NCBI GenBank assembly: GCA_028279805.1
Contig: JANQMZ010000007.1
Location: 240,001 to 272,000 of the forward strand
DNA length: 32,000 bases
Source: an archaeon
Lineage (GTDB): Archaea; Iainarchaeota; Iainarchaeia; Iainarchaeales; JANQMZ01
Reading direction: 5' to 3'
Part shown: in pieces, positions 9,802 through 16,364 of the stretch
How the letters are laid out: each line of letters starts with the position of its first letter
How positions within the stretch are numbered: position 1 is the stretch's first letter
Notes under the pieces: model-generated
Told to the model about the DNA's origin: nothing
Seen by the model: the letters and a program-made list of their open reading frames with translations, nothing else
Database searches by the model: none
Made by a program: the position numbers and the translations under genes

Positions 9802-10230
9802 TCAGTTTAACAGCTTTTCAAATGCTTTTAAAATGTTGTTGGCAACGCCTTTAATTTCATCTTTTGCATATTCAACATGCGTCCATTTTAATCCAACTTT
9901 GTCTTTTTTAAACCGTGGAATTATGTGCACATGCAAATGAAAAACTTCCTGTCCGGCGGCTTTACCGTTTGAAACATGAATATTATAGCCGTCAGCTTTT
10001 ACAGCATCAACAGTTGCTTTTGCAACTTTTTTTGAAGCTTTAAAAATTTTTTCAATCAAATCTGAGGGCAATTCGTTAAAATCTTTAAAATGCTGTTTTG
10101 GAACAATTAAAGTGTGGCCTTTGCTTGCAGGATTAATATCCAAAAAAGCCACAATGTCTTTGTTTTCAAAAACTTTTGTGGCAGGTAAATCATTTGCAAC
10201 AATTTTACAAAAAACACAGTCATTGCTCAT
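9802..10230 (-). CDS. HIT (histidine triad) family hydrolase
   Basis: CVFCKIVANDLPATKVFENKDIVAFLDINPASKGHTLIVPKQHFKDF...HVSNGKAAGQEVFHLHVHIIPRF. Confidence 0.95.
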   Translation of the reverse strand: MSNDCVFCKIVANDLPATKVFENKDIVAFLDINPASKGHTLIVPKQHFKDFNELPSDLIEKIFKASKKVAKATVDAVKADGYNIHVSNGKAAGQEVFHLHVHIIPRFKKDKVGLKWTHVEYAKDEIKGVANNILKAFEKLLN

Positions 10231-10261
10231 GCCAAAATTAAAACAGCAAATTGCTAAAAAA

Positions 10262-10786
10262 TTAACCTTTGGTTATTTCAACAATTTTCACTGAAAAAAT
10301 TAAAGTTTTTCCGGCTAAAAAATGATTAAAATCAACTTTAACAGTTTGATTGTCAACTTCAACAATTTTTCCCCTTTGACCATTTAAAACAAGTTCAGTT
10401 CCGATTTCCGGAACAATTCCCTGGTCTTCAAACTGGCTTAATGGAACTCCAACAATTAAAGAAGAATCAGTTTCACCATAACCGTCTTTCGGAGCAATAA
10501 CCAAATCTTTTTCCTCATCAAGCTTTAATCCAATAACACCATTATCAAAACCTTTAATCATTTGACCTGCTCCCGCCTTAAACTCTAAAGGGTCACGCCC
10601 TTCACTTGAATCAAAAACAGAACCGTCTTCCAGTTTTCCGGTATAATGAACTTTAATAGTGTCACCAGATTCAACAATTTTACTCATATCAACATCAACT
10701 CCTTTATCCGTTTCAACATTACCCTGATTTGAAGTGCATCCCAACACCAACAAAAACAATCCTAAAATTAAAACAATTTTTTTCAT
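10262..10786 (-). CDS. FKBP-type peptidyl-prolyl isomerase, predicted lipoprotein
   Basis: MKKIVLILGLFLLVLGCTSNQ (lipobox-like), then VESGDTIKVHYTGKLEDGSVFDSSEGRDPLEFKAGAGQMIKGFDNGVIGLKLDEEKDLVIAPKDGYG. Start moved from 10852 to the Met at 10786. Confidence 0.92.
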   Translation of the reverse strand: MKKIVLILGLFLLVLGCTSNQGNVETDKGVDVDMSKIVESGDTIKVHYTGKLEDGSVFDSSEGRDPLEFKAGAGQMIKGFDNGVIGLKLDEEKDLVIAPKDGYGETDSSLIVGVPLSQFEDQGIVPEIGTELVLNGQRGKIVEVDNQTVKVDFNHFLAGKTLIFSVKIVEITKG

Positions 10787-10816
10787 AAAATGAAATAACT
10801 TACAAAACATTTTTAA

Positions 10817-10857
10817 GTCCCAGTGAAACTGGGACGTTCGCAGCCGGAACACCGGCT
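10817..10857 (+). other. Two-hairpin module, type 1, copy B
   Basis: GTCCCAGT-gaa-ACTGGGAC / GTTCGC / AGCCGG-AACA-CCGGCT; all stems perfect. Then AAG and the tRNA-Ser 3' end. Confidence 0.9.
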
Positions 10858-10860
10858 AAG

Positions 10861-10944
10861 CGCAGGGGACGAGATTTGAACTCGCGCGTTCCGAAGAACA
10901 CAAGCTTTCCAGGCTTGCGCGTTAAACCACTCCGCCACCCCTGC
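10861..10944 (-). tRNA. tRNA-Ser (anticodon GGA)
   Basis: GCAGGGG TGGCGGAGTGGTTTAACGC GCAAGC CTGGAAA GCTTG, long variable arm with GTTC-TTCG-GAAC, GAGTTCAAATCTC, CCCCTGC G. 84 nt. Confidence 0.95.
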
Positions 10945-10994
10945 AAACCGATTGCATAATTGATTTTATGTGCTATCTTTAAATAGCATCTGAA

Positions 10995-11077
10995 GCGTTC
11001 CGTCCGGACGCAACCGCGCTCTCAAGAGCGCAAGTGCTATCGCAGATAGCACGCGGATTGTCCCTACGCAATGGGAC
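10995..11077 (+). other. Hairpin array ending in the type 2 two-hairpin module, copy D
   Basis: GCGTTCCGTCCGGACGC; GCGCTC-TCAA-GAGCGC (11016-11031); GTGCTATC-gca-GATAGCAC (11034-11052); GCG; GATTG-TCCC-TACGCAAT-GGGA-C (11056-11077). Then AAG and the tRNA-Ser(UGA) 3' end. Confidence 0.85.
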
Positions 11078-11080
11078 AAG

Positions 11081-11164
11081 CGCAGAGAGAGAGATTCGAA
11101 CTCCCGCGTTCCGAAGAACACCAGGTCTCAAGCCTGGCGCGTTAAACCACTCCGCCATCTCTGC
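11081..11164 (-). tRNA. tRNA-Ser (anticodon TGA)
   Basis: GCAGAGA TGGCGGAGTGGTTTAACGC GCCAGG CTTGAGA CCTGG, long variable arm, GGGAGTTCGAATCTCTC, TCTCTGC G. 84 nt. Confidence 0.95.
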
Positions 11165-11166
11165 AT

Positions 11167-11207
11167 CGCCTGTGTTCAGGCGGCAAACTTGCTGCTTTCA
11201 GCAGCAA
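11167..11207 (-). other. Two-hairpin module, type 1, copy C1 (minus orientation)
   Basis: On the minus strand: TTGCTGCT-gaa-AGCAGCAA / GTTTGC / CGCCTG-AACA-CAGGCG, then AT and the tRNA-Ser(UGA) 5' end. Confidence 0.85.
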
Positions 11208-11208
11208 A

Positions 11209-11227
11209 TCCGAAGCTTTGCTTCGGA
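11209..11227. other. Perfect 8-bp hairpin with TTT triloop between modules C1 and C2
   Basis: TCCGAAGC-TTT-GCTTCGGA, separated from its neighbours by one A on each side. Confidence 0.9.
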
Positions 11228-11228
11228 A

Positions 11229-11269
11229 GTCCCAATGCAATTGGGACGTTCTCACGCGGAACACCGCGT
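11229..11269 (+). other. Two-hairpin module, type 1, copy C2
   Basis: GTCCCAAT-gca-ATTGGGAC / GTTCTC / ACGCGG-AACA-CCGCGT; all stems perfect. Confidence 0.9.
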
Positions 11270-11271
11270 AA

Positions 11272-12444
11272 ATGGACAATTATTGCCCTAATGCTTACCA
11301 ATTAAAGAATTTAAGTGTTTTAAATACTTCTATGAAAAAGGATTTTCTTGTTTTAGAGGATAAACTGGAGCGAATTACTGATGAACTGGATACTGATTTG
11401 TCAAAATATATTACTCCGGTTAATGCTATAAGTGAAGAGAAAAAGTTTTTTGAAGCATTGGAAAAAGGCGAGGAATATAATCCTGTTTTTGAATATTTGC
11501 CAAAAAACCCGCTTTATTCTCATTTGAAAATGAGCCCTGAATATAAGGAAAAATTAACAGAATTAACTTTGATTCAGACAGGGGAAAAAGGTGTGTCAAA
11601 ATTGTTAGGTAAAAAAAAACAGGATTTGATTAAAAAAATGGAATTTATCAGAATGATTGGAACTGAAAAGTTCGGGGAACAATCAGTCGAATTTTTTGGA
11701 AAGCCAAGCAAAAAACTTGTAAAAGATTCAATTAAAGAATTGAAAAAAAAAGTTAAACCGGATGAAAAAAACATTTCAGCTGAAAAAATGGTTTCAGAAT
11801 TAAAAAATTTTTTAAAAAAGAAAAAAATTAAGTTTAATGTTTTAATTGAGGAAAAAATGTCAGCAGATGCAGCTGTTTTAAATTCTGTTCACGAATTAAG
11901 AATCAGAAAAGATGCAATGTTTTCAGAATTGGATGTTAAAAGATTAGAAATTCATGAAATTGAAACACATATTTACAGGCATTTGAATGGTCACAGGCAA
12001 CCGTATAAACTTTTTTTAACAGGCACTGACAGAAACTGGTTGATTACAGAGGAAGGGTTGGCTGTTGCAAATGAAAAACTGTTTAATTGTTGCAGTTCTG
12101 CCAGGTTAAAAAAATATGCAGGCAGGGTTTTGTCCGTTCATAAAAGTCTGAATAATTCTTTTTATGATGTTTTTAAATATTTGGAAAAATTTTTTGAACC
12201 GGAACAGGCTTTTAGAATTGCTTTGCGTTCAAAAAGAGGAACTTGTATTACTGAAAATCCGGGAGGTTATACAAAAGATTATTTTTATTCAGAAGGAATT
12301 AAAAGAATTAATAAATTTTTAAAAAAAGGAAACATTGAAGACTTGTATTATGGTAAAATTTCAATTGAAGATATTAATGAATTTAAATCAATTCCCGAAC
12401 TTGTTAAACCAAAATATTTACCTGATTACAAAAAGGTTTTGTAA
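11272..12444 (+). CDS. DUF1704 / 'QEGLA'-type (MATCAP-like) metallopeptidase homologue
   Basis: HEIETH (HExxxH) at about 11953-11970, followed by LITEEGLAVANEKL, and the architecture of the flavohemoglobin-modulating QEGLA / tubulin carboxypeptidase-like family. Actual start may be the Met at 11332 (MKKDFLVLEDKL). Confidence 0.72.
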   Translation: MDNYCPNAYQLKNLSVLNTSMKKDFLVLEDKLERITDELDTDLSKYITPVNAISEEKKFFEALEKGEEYNPVFEYLPKNPLYSHLKMSPEYKEKLTELTLIQTGEKGVSKLLGKKKQDLIKKMEFIRMIGTEKFGEQSVEFFGKPSKKLVKDSIKELKKKVKPDEKNISAEKMVSELKNFLKKKKIKFNVLIEEKMSADAAVLNSVHELRIRKDAMFSELDVKRLEIHEIETHIYRHLNGHRQPYKLFLTGTDRNWLITEEGLAVANEKLFNCCSSARLKKYAGRVLSVHKSLNNSFYDVFKYLEKFFEPEQAFRIALRSKRGTCITENPGGYTKDYFYSEGIKRINKFLKKGNIEDLYYGKISIEDINEFKSIPELVKPKYLPDYKKVL

Positions 12445-12465
12445 TAATGCGAACGAAGTAAGCAA

Positions 12466-12509
12466 GTGTCACTGAAAGTGGCACGCCGATTGCGCCTAGG
12501 CAATGGCGC
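12466..12509 (+). other. Two-hairpin module, type 2, copy E
   Basis: GTGTCACT-gaa-AGTGGCAC / GCC / GATTG-CGCC-TAGGCAAT-GGCG-C, 21 nt downstream of the metallopeptidase stop. Confidence 0.85.
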
Positions 12510-12590
12510 TGGGACAGAAAGTAATAAATAATCCAAAATCCTACTTTTTCCGTAAGTTTTGCCTTACTTATAGCTGAAAAAGGGGATTTT

Positions 12591-13505
12591 ATGGCGGATA
12601 TAACTGGACAATTGCTTCAAACAGGAAGCGAGTTTTTAGACGCTTTAAACCCTTTATGGGTTATTATTGTTACTGTTATTGTTGCCAAGCTTTTTAATCT
12701 TCTGGCAAACAAGTTCATGGCAAGAGTTTCAAAAAATATTAAGGTTCATGAAACACAGTTTTTGCTTGCTATTCGATTTATTTCTGCTTTAATTTATTTT
12801 ACGGGTTTTATTGTTGCAGGTTCAATGATTCCTGAACTGCAGTCAGTGGCTGTTTCAATTTTTGCATCCGCAGGTATTCTTGCAATTGTTGTCGGTTTTG
12901 CTGCACAGCAAACTTTGTCTAATTTTATTTCCGGAATTTTTATAGGAATGTTTCAGCCTTTCAGGGTTGGGGACAGGATTACAATTGAAAAAGAATATGG
13001 CGTTGTTGAGGACATTACTTTAAGGCATACTGTTATCAGAACAAGGGATAATAGAAGAGTGGTTGTTCCAAATTCTCAGATTAATGACAGCATGATTATT
13101 AATTATACTATTAATGATGCAAAAATTTTACGGGAAGTTGATGTAACCATAAGTTATGATTCTGATATTGATTTTGCCAAAAAAATACTGGAAAAAGAAA
13201 TCAAAAAACTGCCTGATTTTCACGGAATAATTAAAAAATCTGAAATAATGGGAGAAAAAGATGTTTTAATCAGAGTTGTTGACCTGGGAGAATTCGGAAT
13301 AAAATTAAGATGTTATTTTTGGGCTCCCGACTGGGCTACTTCAAGAAGAATGAAACAAAAACTTCTTGAAAATGCTAAAAAAGCTTTTGACAGGGAAGGA
13401 GTTGAAATTCCTTATCCTTACAGAACAATTGTTTACAAAAAAGATTTAAAAAAAACAAGAAAAGCGCCGCAGAAAAAAAGAAAAACAAAATCTAAAAAAA
13501 ATTAG
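12591..13505 (+). CDS. MscS-family small-conductance mechanosensitive channel
   Basis: GFAAQQTLSNFISGIFIGMFQPFRVGDRITIEKEYGVVEDITLRHTVIRTRDNRRVVVPNSQINDSMIINYT. Confidence 0.95.
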   Translation: MADITGQLLQTGSEFLDALNPLWVIIVTVIVAKLFNLLANKFMARVSKNIKVHETQFLLAIRFISALIYFTGFIVAGSMIPELQSVAVSIFASAGILAIVVGFAAQQTLSNFISGIFIGMFQPFRVGDRITIEKEYGVVEDITLRHTVIRTRDNRRVVVPNSQINDSMIINYTINDAKILREVDVTISYDSDIDFAKKILEKEIKKLPDFHGIIKKSEIMGEKDVLIRVVDLGEFGIKLRCYFWAPDWATSRRMKQKLLENAKKAFDREGVEIPYPYRTIVYKKDLKKTRKAPQKKRKTKSKKN

Positions 13506-13509
13506 ATTG

Positions 13510-13560
13510 TTAATGGGGAAAAGCCAGGGAACCGACAAGCGGTATAGCTTCACCCCTTAA
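13510..13560 (+). other. Candidate structured RNA element after the mscS stop codon
   Basis: Nested helices TTAA(t)GGGG-aa-AAGC-caggga-ACCG-acaag-CGGT-ata-GCTT-ca-CCCCTTAA, read by eye. Confidence 0.4.
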
Positions 13561-13699
13561 CTCCCAACACACGTAGTAATAATTTTACGATTTGTTTAAA
13601 AACTTAATTCGCAAAAATGCTACATAAAATTTTATACATAATTTTTTTGTTTTTTTAACTTAACACTTGTTATTTAAGTTTTTCTTAAAAGAAATTAGT

Positions 13700-15496
13700 A
13701 TGGTTTCAGATAAAATTGCTGTTGTTGATTTCGGAGGACAATATGCACACCTTTTGGCCAGAAGAGTCAGAGAGTTAGGTGTTTTTTCTGAAATTTTACA
13801 GCCAAATGCTTCGAAAAAAGATTATTCTGATTTTAAAGGAGTCATTTTAAGCGGGAGTCCTTACAGCATTTGCGATTTGCATGTCCTGAAATGGAAAAAT
13901 GATTTGTTTAAAATGAATATTCCGGTTCTGGGAATTTGTTACGGGCACCAGCTTATAATGAGAGAAAATGGAGGGGAAATACGGAGAGCTCCAAGCACGG
14001 AATTTGGTTCTGCAAAAATGCATGTTTTAAACAAAAAAGGCGTTTTTAAGGGTTTAAAGGGCAAAAGCGTTGTATGGATGTCTCATAATGATGAAGTTTC
14101 TTCTCTGGCGCCCGGATTTGAGGTTATCGGAAAAACAGCTGACTGCAAATATGCCGCTATTGCAAATTTTGAAAAAAAATGGTTCGGTTTTCAGTTTCAT
14201 CCGGAAGTAACTCATTCAGAGGAAGGGCAAAAAATGTTGAAAAATTTTGTTTTCAATGTCTGCCAATGCAAAAAAGAATGGAGTTTAAAGGATTTTAAAA
14301 AACAAAAAATCAGGGAAATCAGAAAAAAAGTGGGCAAAAAAAATGTTTTTTTACTGGCTTCAGGCGGAATTGACTCAACTGTCTGCCTTGCCTTACTTTT
14401 AAAATCATTGCCAAAAAAACAAATTCATGCTTTTTTTATTGACACCGGTTTGATGAGACAAAATGAGCCAAAACTAATTCAAAAAAGTTTTGAAAAAATG
14501 GGTTTTAAGCTCAAAATTGTTAAAGCAGGAGAAGAATTTTTATCAAAACTAAGAAATGTTTCAGACCCAGAACAAAAAAGAAAAATTATTGGAAAAATTT
14601 TTTTAGAAGTCAAAGACAAAGAACTTGAAAAACTTAAAGTTAATACAAAAAACTGGATTCTGGCACAGGGAACAATTTATCCGGACACAATTGAAAGTGC
14701 GGGAACAAAACATGCAGACAAAATCAAAACACATCATAACAGAATTGAAGAAATTTTAAAAGAATTAAAAAAAGGAAAAATAATTGAACCAATTGAAGAA
14801 TTATACAAAGATGAAGTAAGATTTTTAGGAAAAGAATTAGGATTGCCTAAAAAATTTATTGAAAGGCATCCTTTTCCAGGACCCGGATTGGGAGTCAGAA
14901 TTTTATGTTCCAACGGAAAACAAATTCAAGGAAAAAAACTGGAACAAAAAATTAACAATTTTTTAAAAAAAACAGGTTATAAGGCTAAAATTCTGCCGGT
15001 TAAAAGTGTGGGGGTTCAGGGAGATTTAAGAACTTACAAAAAAGCTGTTGCACTTGAAGGAAAAATTGATTTTCAAAAGATTGAAAAACTGTCAACACAA
15101 ATAACAAACAGGTTCAGGGAAATTAACCGGGTTGTTTTGCTTTTATCCCCTCAAAAAATTAAAAAATTAAAAATGTTAAAAGCATTTTTAACTGATGACA
15201 GAATTAAAATGGCACGGGAAGCAGATGCTGTTTCAATGAATGTTGTAAAAAAAAATAGTTTGTTAAAAAAAACATGGCAGTTTCCCACAGTTTTAATTCC
15301 CGTGCAAGTTAACGGTTTTGGGGAGAGTATTGTTTTAAGGCCGATTGAAAGCCTGGAAGCAATGACTGCAAAATTTTACAAAATGCCAAAAAAAGCTTTG
15401 AAGGAAAATGTTAAAGGAATTTTAAAAATTCCGAGAATTGGAACTGTTTTTATGGATGTTACACACAAGCCTCCTGCCACAATTGAATGGGAATAG
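13700..15496 (+). CDS. guaA: GMP synthase (glutamine-hydrolysing), fused amidotransferase and synthetase
   Basis: GATase part VDFGGQYAHLLARRVRELG...GICYGHQL...FHPEVTHS. ATP-PPase ASGGIDSTVCLALL. C-terminal PFPGPGLGVRI and RPIESLEAMTAKFYKMP. Met at 13700 preferred. Confidence 0.95.
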   Translation: MVSDKIAVVDFGGQYAHLLARRVRELGVFSEILQPNASKKDYSDFKGVILSGSPYSICDLHVLKWKNDLFKMNIPVLGICYGHQLIMRENGGEIRRAPSTEFGSAKMHVLNKKGVFKGLKGKSVVWMSHNDEVSSLAPGFEVIGKTADCKYAAIANFEKKWFGFQFHPEVTHSEEGQKMLKNFVFNVCQCKKEWSLKDFKKQKIREIRKKVGKKNVFLLASGGIDSTVCLALLLKSLPKKQIHAFFIDTGLMRQNEPKLIQKSFEKMGFKLKIVKAGEEFLSKLRNVSDPEQKRKIIGKIFLEVKDKELEKLKVNTKNWILAQGTIYPDTIESAGTKHADKIKTHHNRIEEILKELKKGKIIEPIEELYKDEVRFLGKELGLPKKFIERHPFPGPGLGVRILCSNGKQIQGKKLEQKINNFLKKTGYKAKILPVKSVGVQGDLRTYKKAVALEGKIDFQKIEKLSTQITNRFREINRVVLLLSPQKIKKLKMLKAFLTDDRIKMAREADAVSMNVVKKNSLLKKTWQFPTVLIPVQVNGFGESIVLRPIESLEAMTAKFYKMPKKALKENVKGILKIPRIGTVFMDVTHKPPATIEWE

Positions 15497-15523
15497 TTGC
15501 GGTAGGGCGTTCTAACACAATCT

Positions 15524-15544
15524 TATTGATAACGATTATCAATA
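15524..15544. promoter_or_regulatory. Candidate Fur box
   Basis: Perfect palindrome TATTGATAA-CGA-TTATCAATA just upstream of the TATA-like CTTTATAAAG (15546-15555) and the fur-like gene. Confidence 0.75.
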
Positions 15545-15590
15545 ACTTTATAAAGTATTGTCAATAAAAATTGAAGAGAAGGTAGTTTTC

Positions 15591-15974
15591 GTGGAAGAAA
15601 GAAAAACAAAACAAAAAAATGCGCTTAACAAAATATCAAAAAAACTAGGAAAATTTTTTTCAGCAGAAGAATTGCATAATAAATGCGAAACAGAGGGACA
15701 GAACATAGGAATAGCCACCATATACCGGTTCCTGAAAAAAGAGGCTGAAAACGAAAACCTAAATGTGTTTGAATGCGAGGGTAAAAAAATATACTCACGT
15801 TCAGAAAATGAGCACAGCCATTTCACTTGCACAAACTGCCATAAAAAAGTGCATCTGAAAACCCCTATGAAAATATTTAAGGAATTAAAAAAGCAAGCAA
15901 ATTTCACGTTGGAAGCATTTCAGATAGAAATTGCGGGATTGTGTGAAAATTGCATTTCAAAACAAGCACAATAA
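15591..15974 (+). CDS. Fur-family metalloregulator
   Basis: FFSAEELHNKCETEGQNIGIATIYRFLKKEAE...SENEHSHFTCTNCHKKVHL...CENC. GTG at 15591 preferred over TTG at 15558 because of GAGAAGGTAG upstream and the TATA position. Confidence 0.88.
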   Translation: MEERKTKQKNALNKISKKLGKFFSAEELHNKCETEGQNIGIATIYRFLKKEAENENLNVFECEGKKIYSRSENEHSHFTCTNCHKKVHLKTPMKIFKELKKQANFTLEAFQIEIAGLCENCISKQAQ

Positions 15975-16039
15975 GCACAATCCTGGGTAAAACAACAAAT
16001 TAGATTTAACAAAATTAAACAAACAGGGAGGTAGTACAA

Positions 16040-16297
16040 ATGGAAAAGAAATTGTATATAGGAAACGTGGATTATCAAACCACAAAAGACCAATTAGGAG
16101 ATGCGTTCTCTGAATTTGGTGAAATAAGGGACATATTCATCCCTACTGACAGGGAAACAGGAAAATCACGAGGATTCGCATTCCTGACTTTTAGCGAAGA
16201 GGAAGACGCAGATAAAGCAATTCAGGCAATGAACGGTAAAAAATTCAACGGAAGAGAACTCTCAGTTTCCGAAGCACGACCAATGAACAGAAGATAA
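16040..16297 (+). CDS. Single-RRM RNA-binding protein
   Basis: RNP2 KLYIGNVDY and RNP1 KSRGFAFLTF, 85 aa. GGGAGGT Shine-Dalgarno-like site upstream. Confidence 0.95.
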   Translation: MEKKLYIGNVDYQTTKDQLGDAFSEFGEIRDIFIPTDRETGKSRGFAFLTFSEEEDADKAIQAMNGKKFNGRELSVSEARPMNRR

Positions 16298-16364
16298 CAA
16301 AAGCAAGAAAAAATGGCCTCTTTTGGAGAGCATAAAAAACCAAATACGTTATGAGGAGAGGTAA

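Noticed and set aside
10817-11269. CRISPR array
   Set aside because: Sequence of the palindromes changes from unit to unit, there are no identical direct repeats with uniform spacers, and no cas genes are present.
10817-11269. REP/BIME-type repeats
   Set aside because: REP elements conserve primary sequence; here only loops, spacers and pairing are conserved. Cannot be excluded without a genome-wide count.
11034-11291. 85-aa + strand ORF
   Set aside because: Runs antisense through tRNA-Ser(UGA) and the hairpin array; no protein-like composition.
4622-12509. Integron attC-like sites (GTT near hairpins, gene between modules)
   Set aside because: Each module folds as two independent short hairpins rather than one long imperfect palindrome with R/L boxes, and no integrase is visible in the window.
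15548-15907. 119-aa minus ORF
   Set aside because: Antisense to the Fur-family gene, Phe/Ser/Cys-rich shadow ORF.
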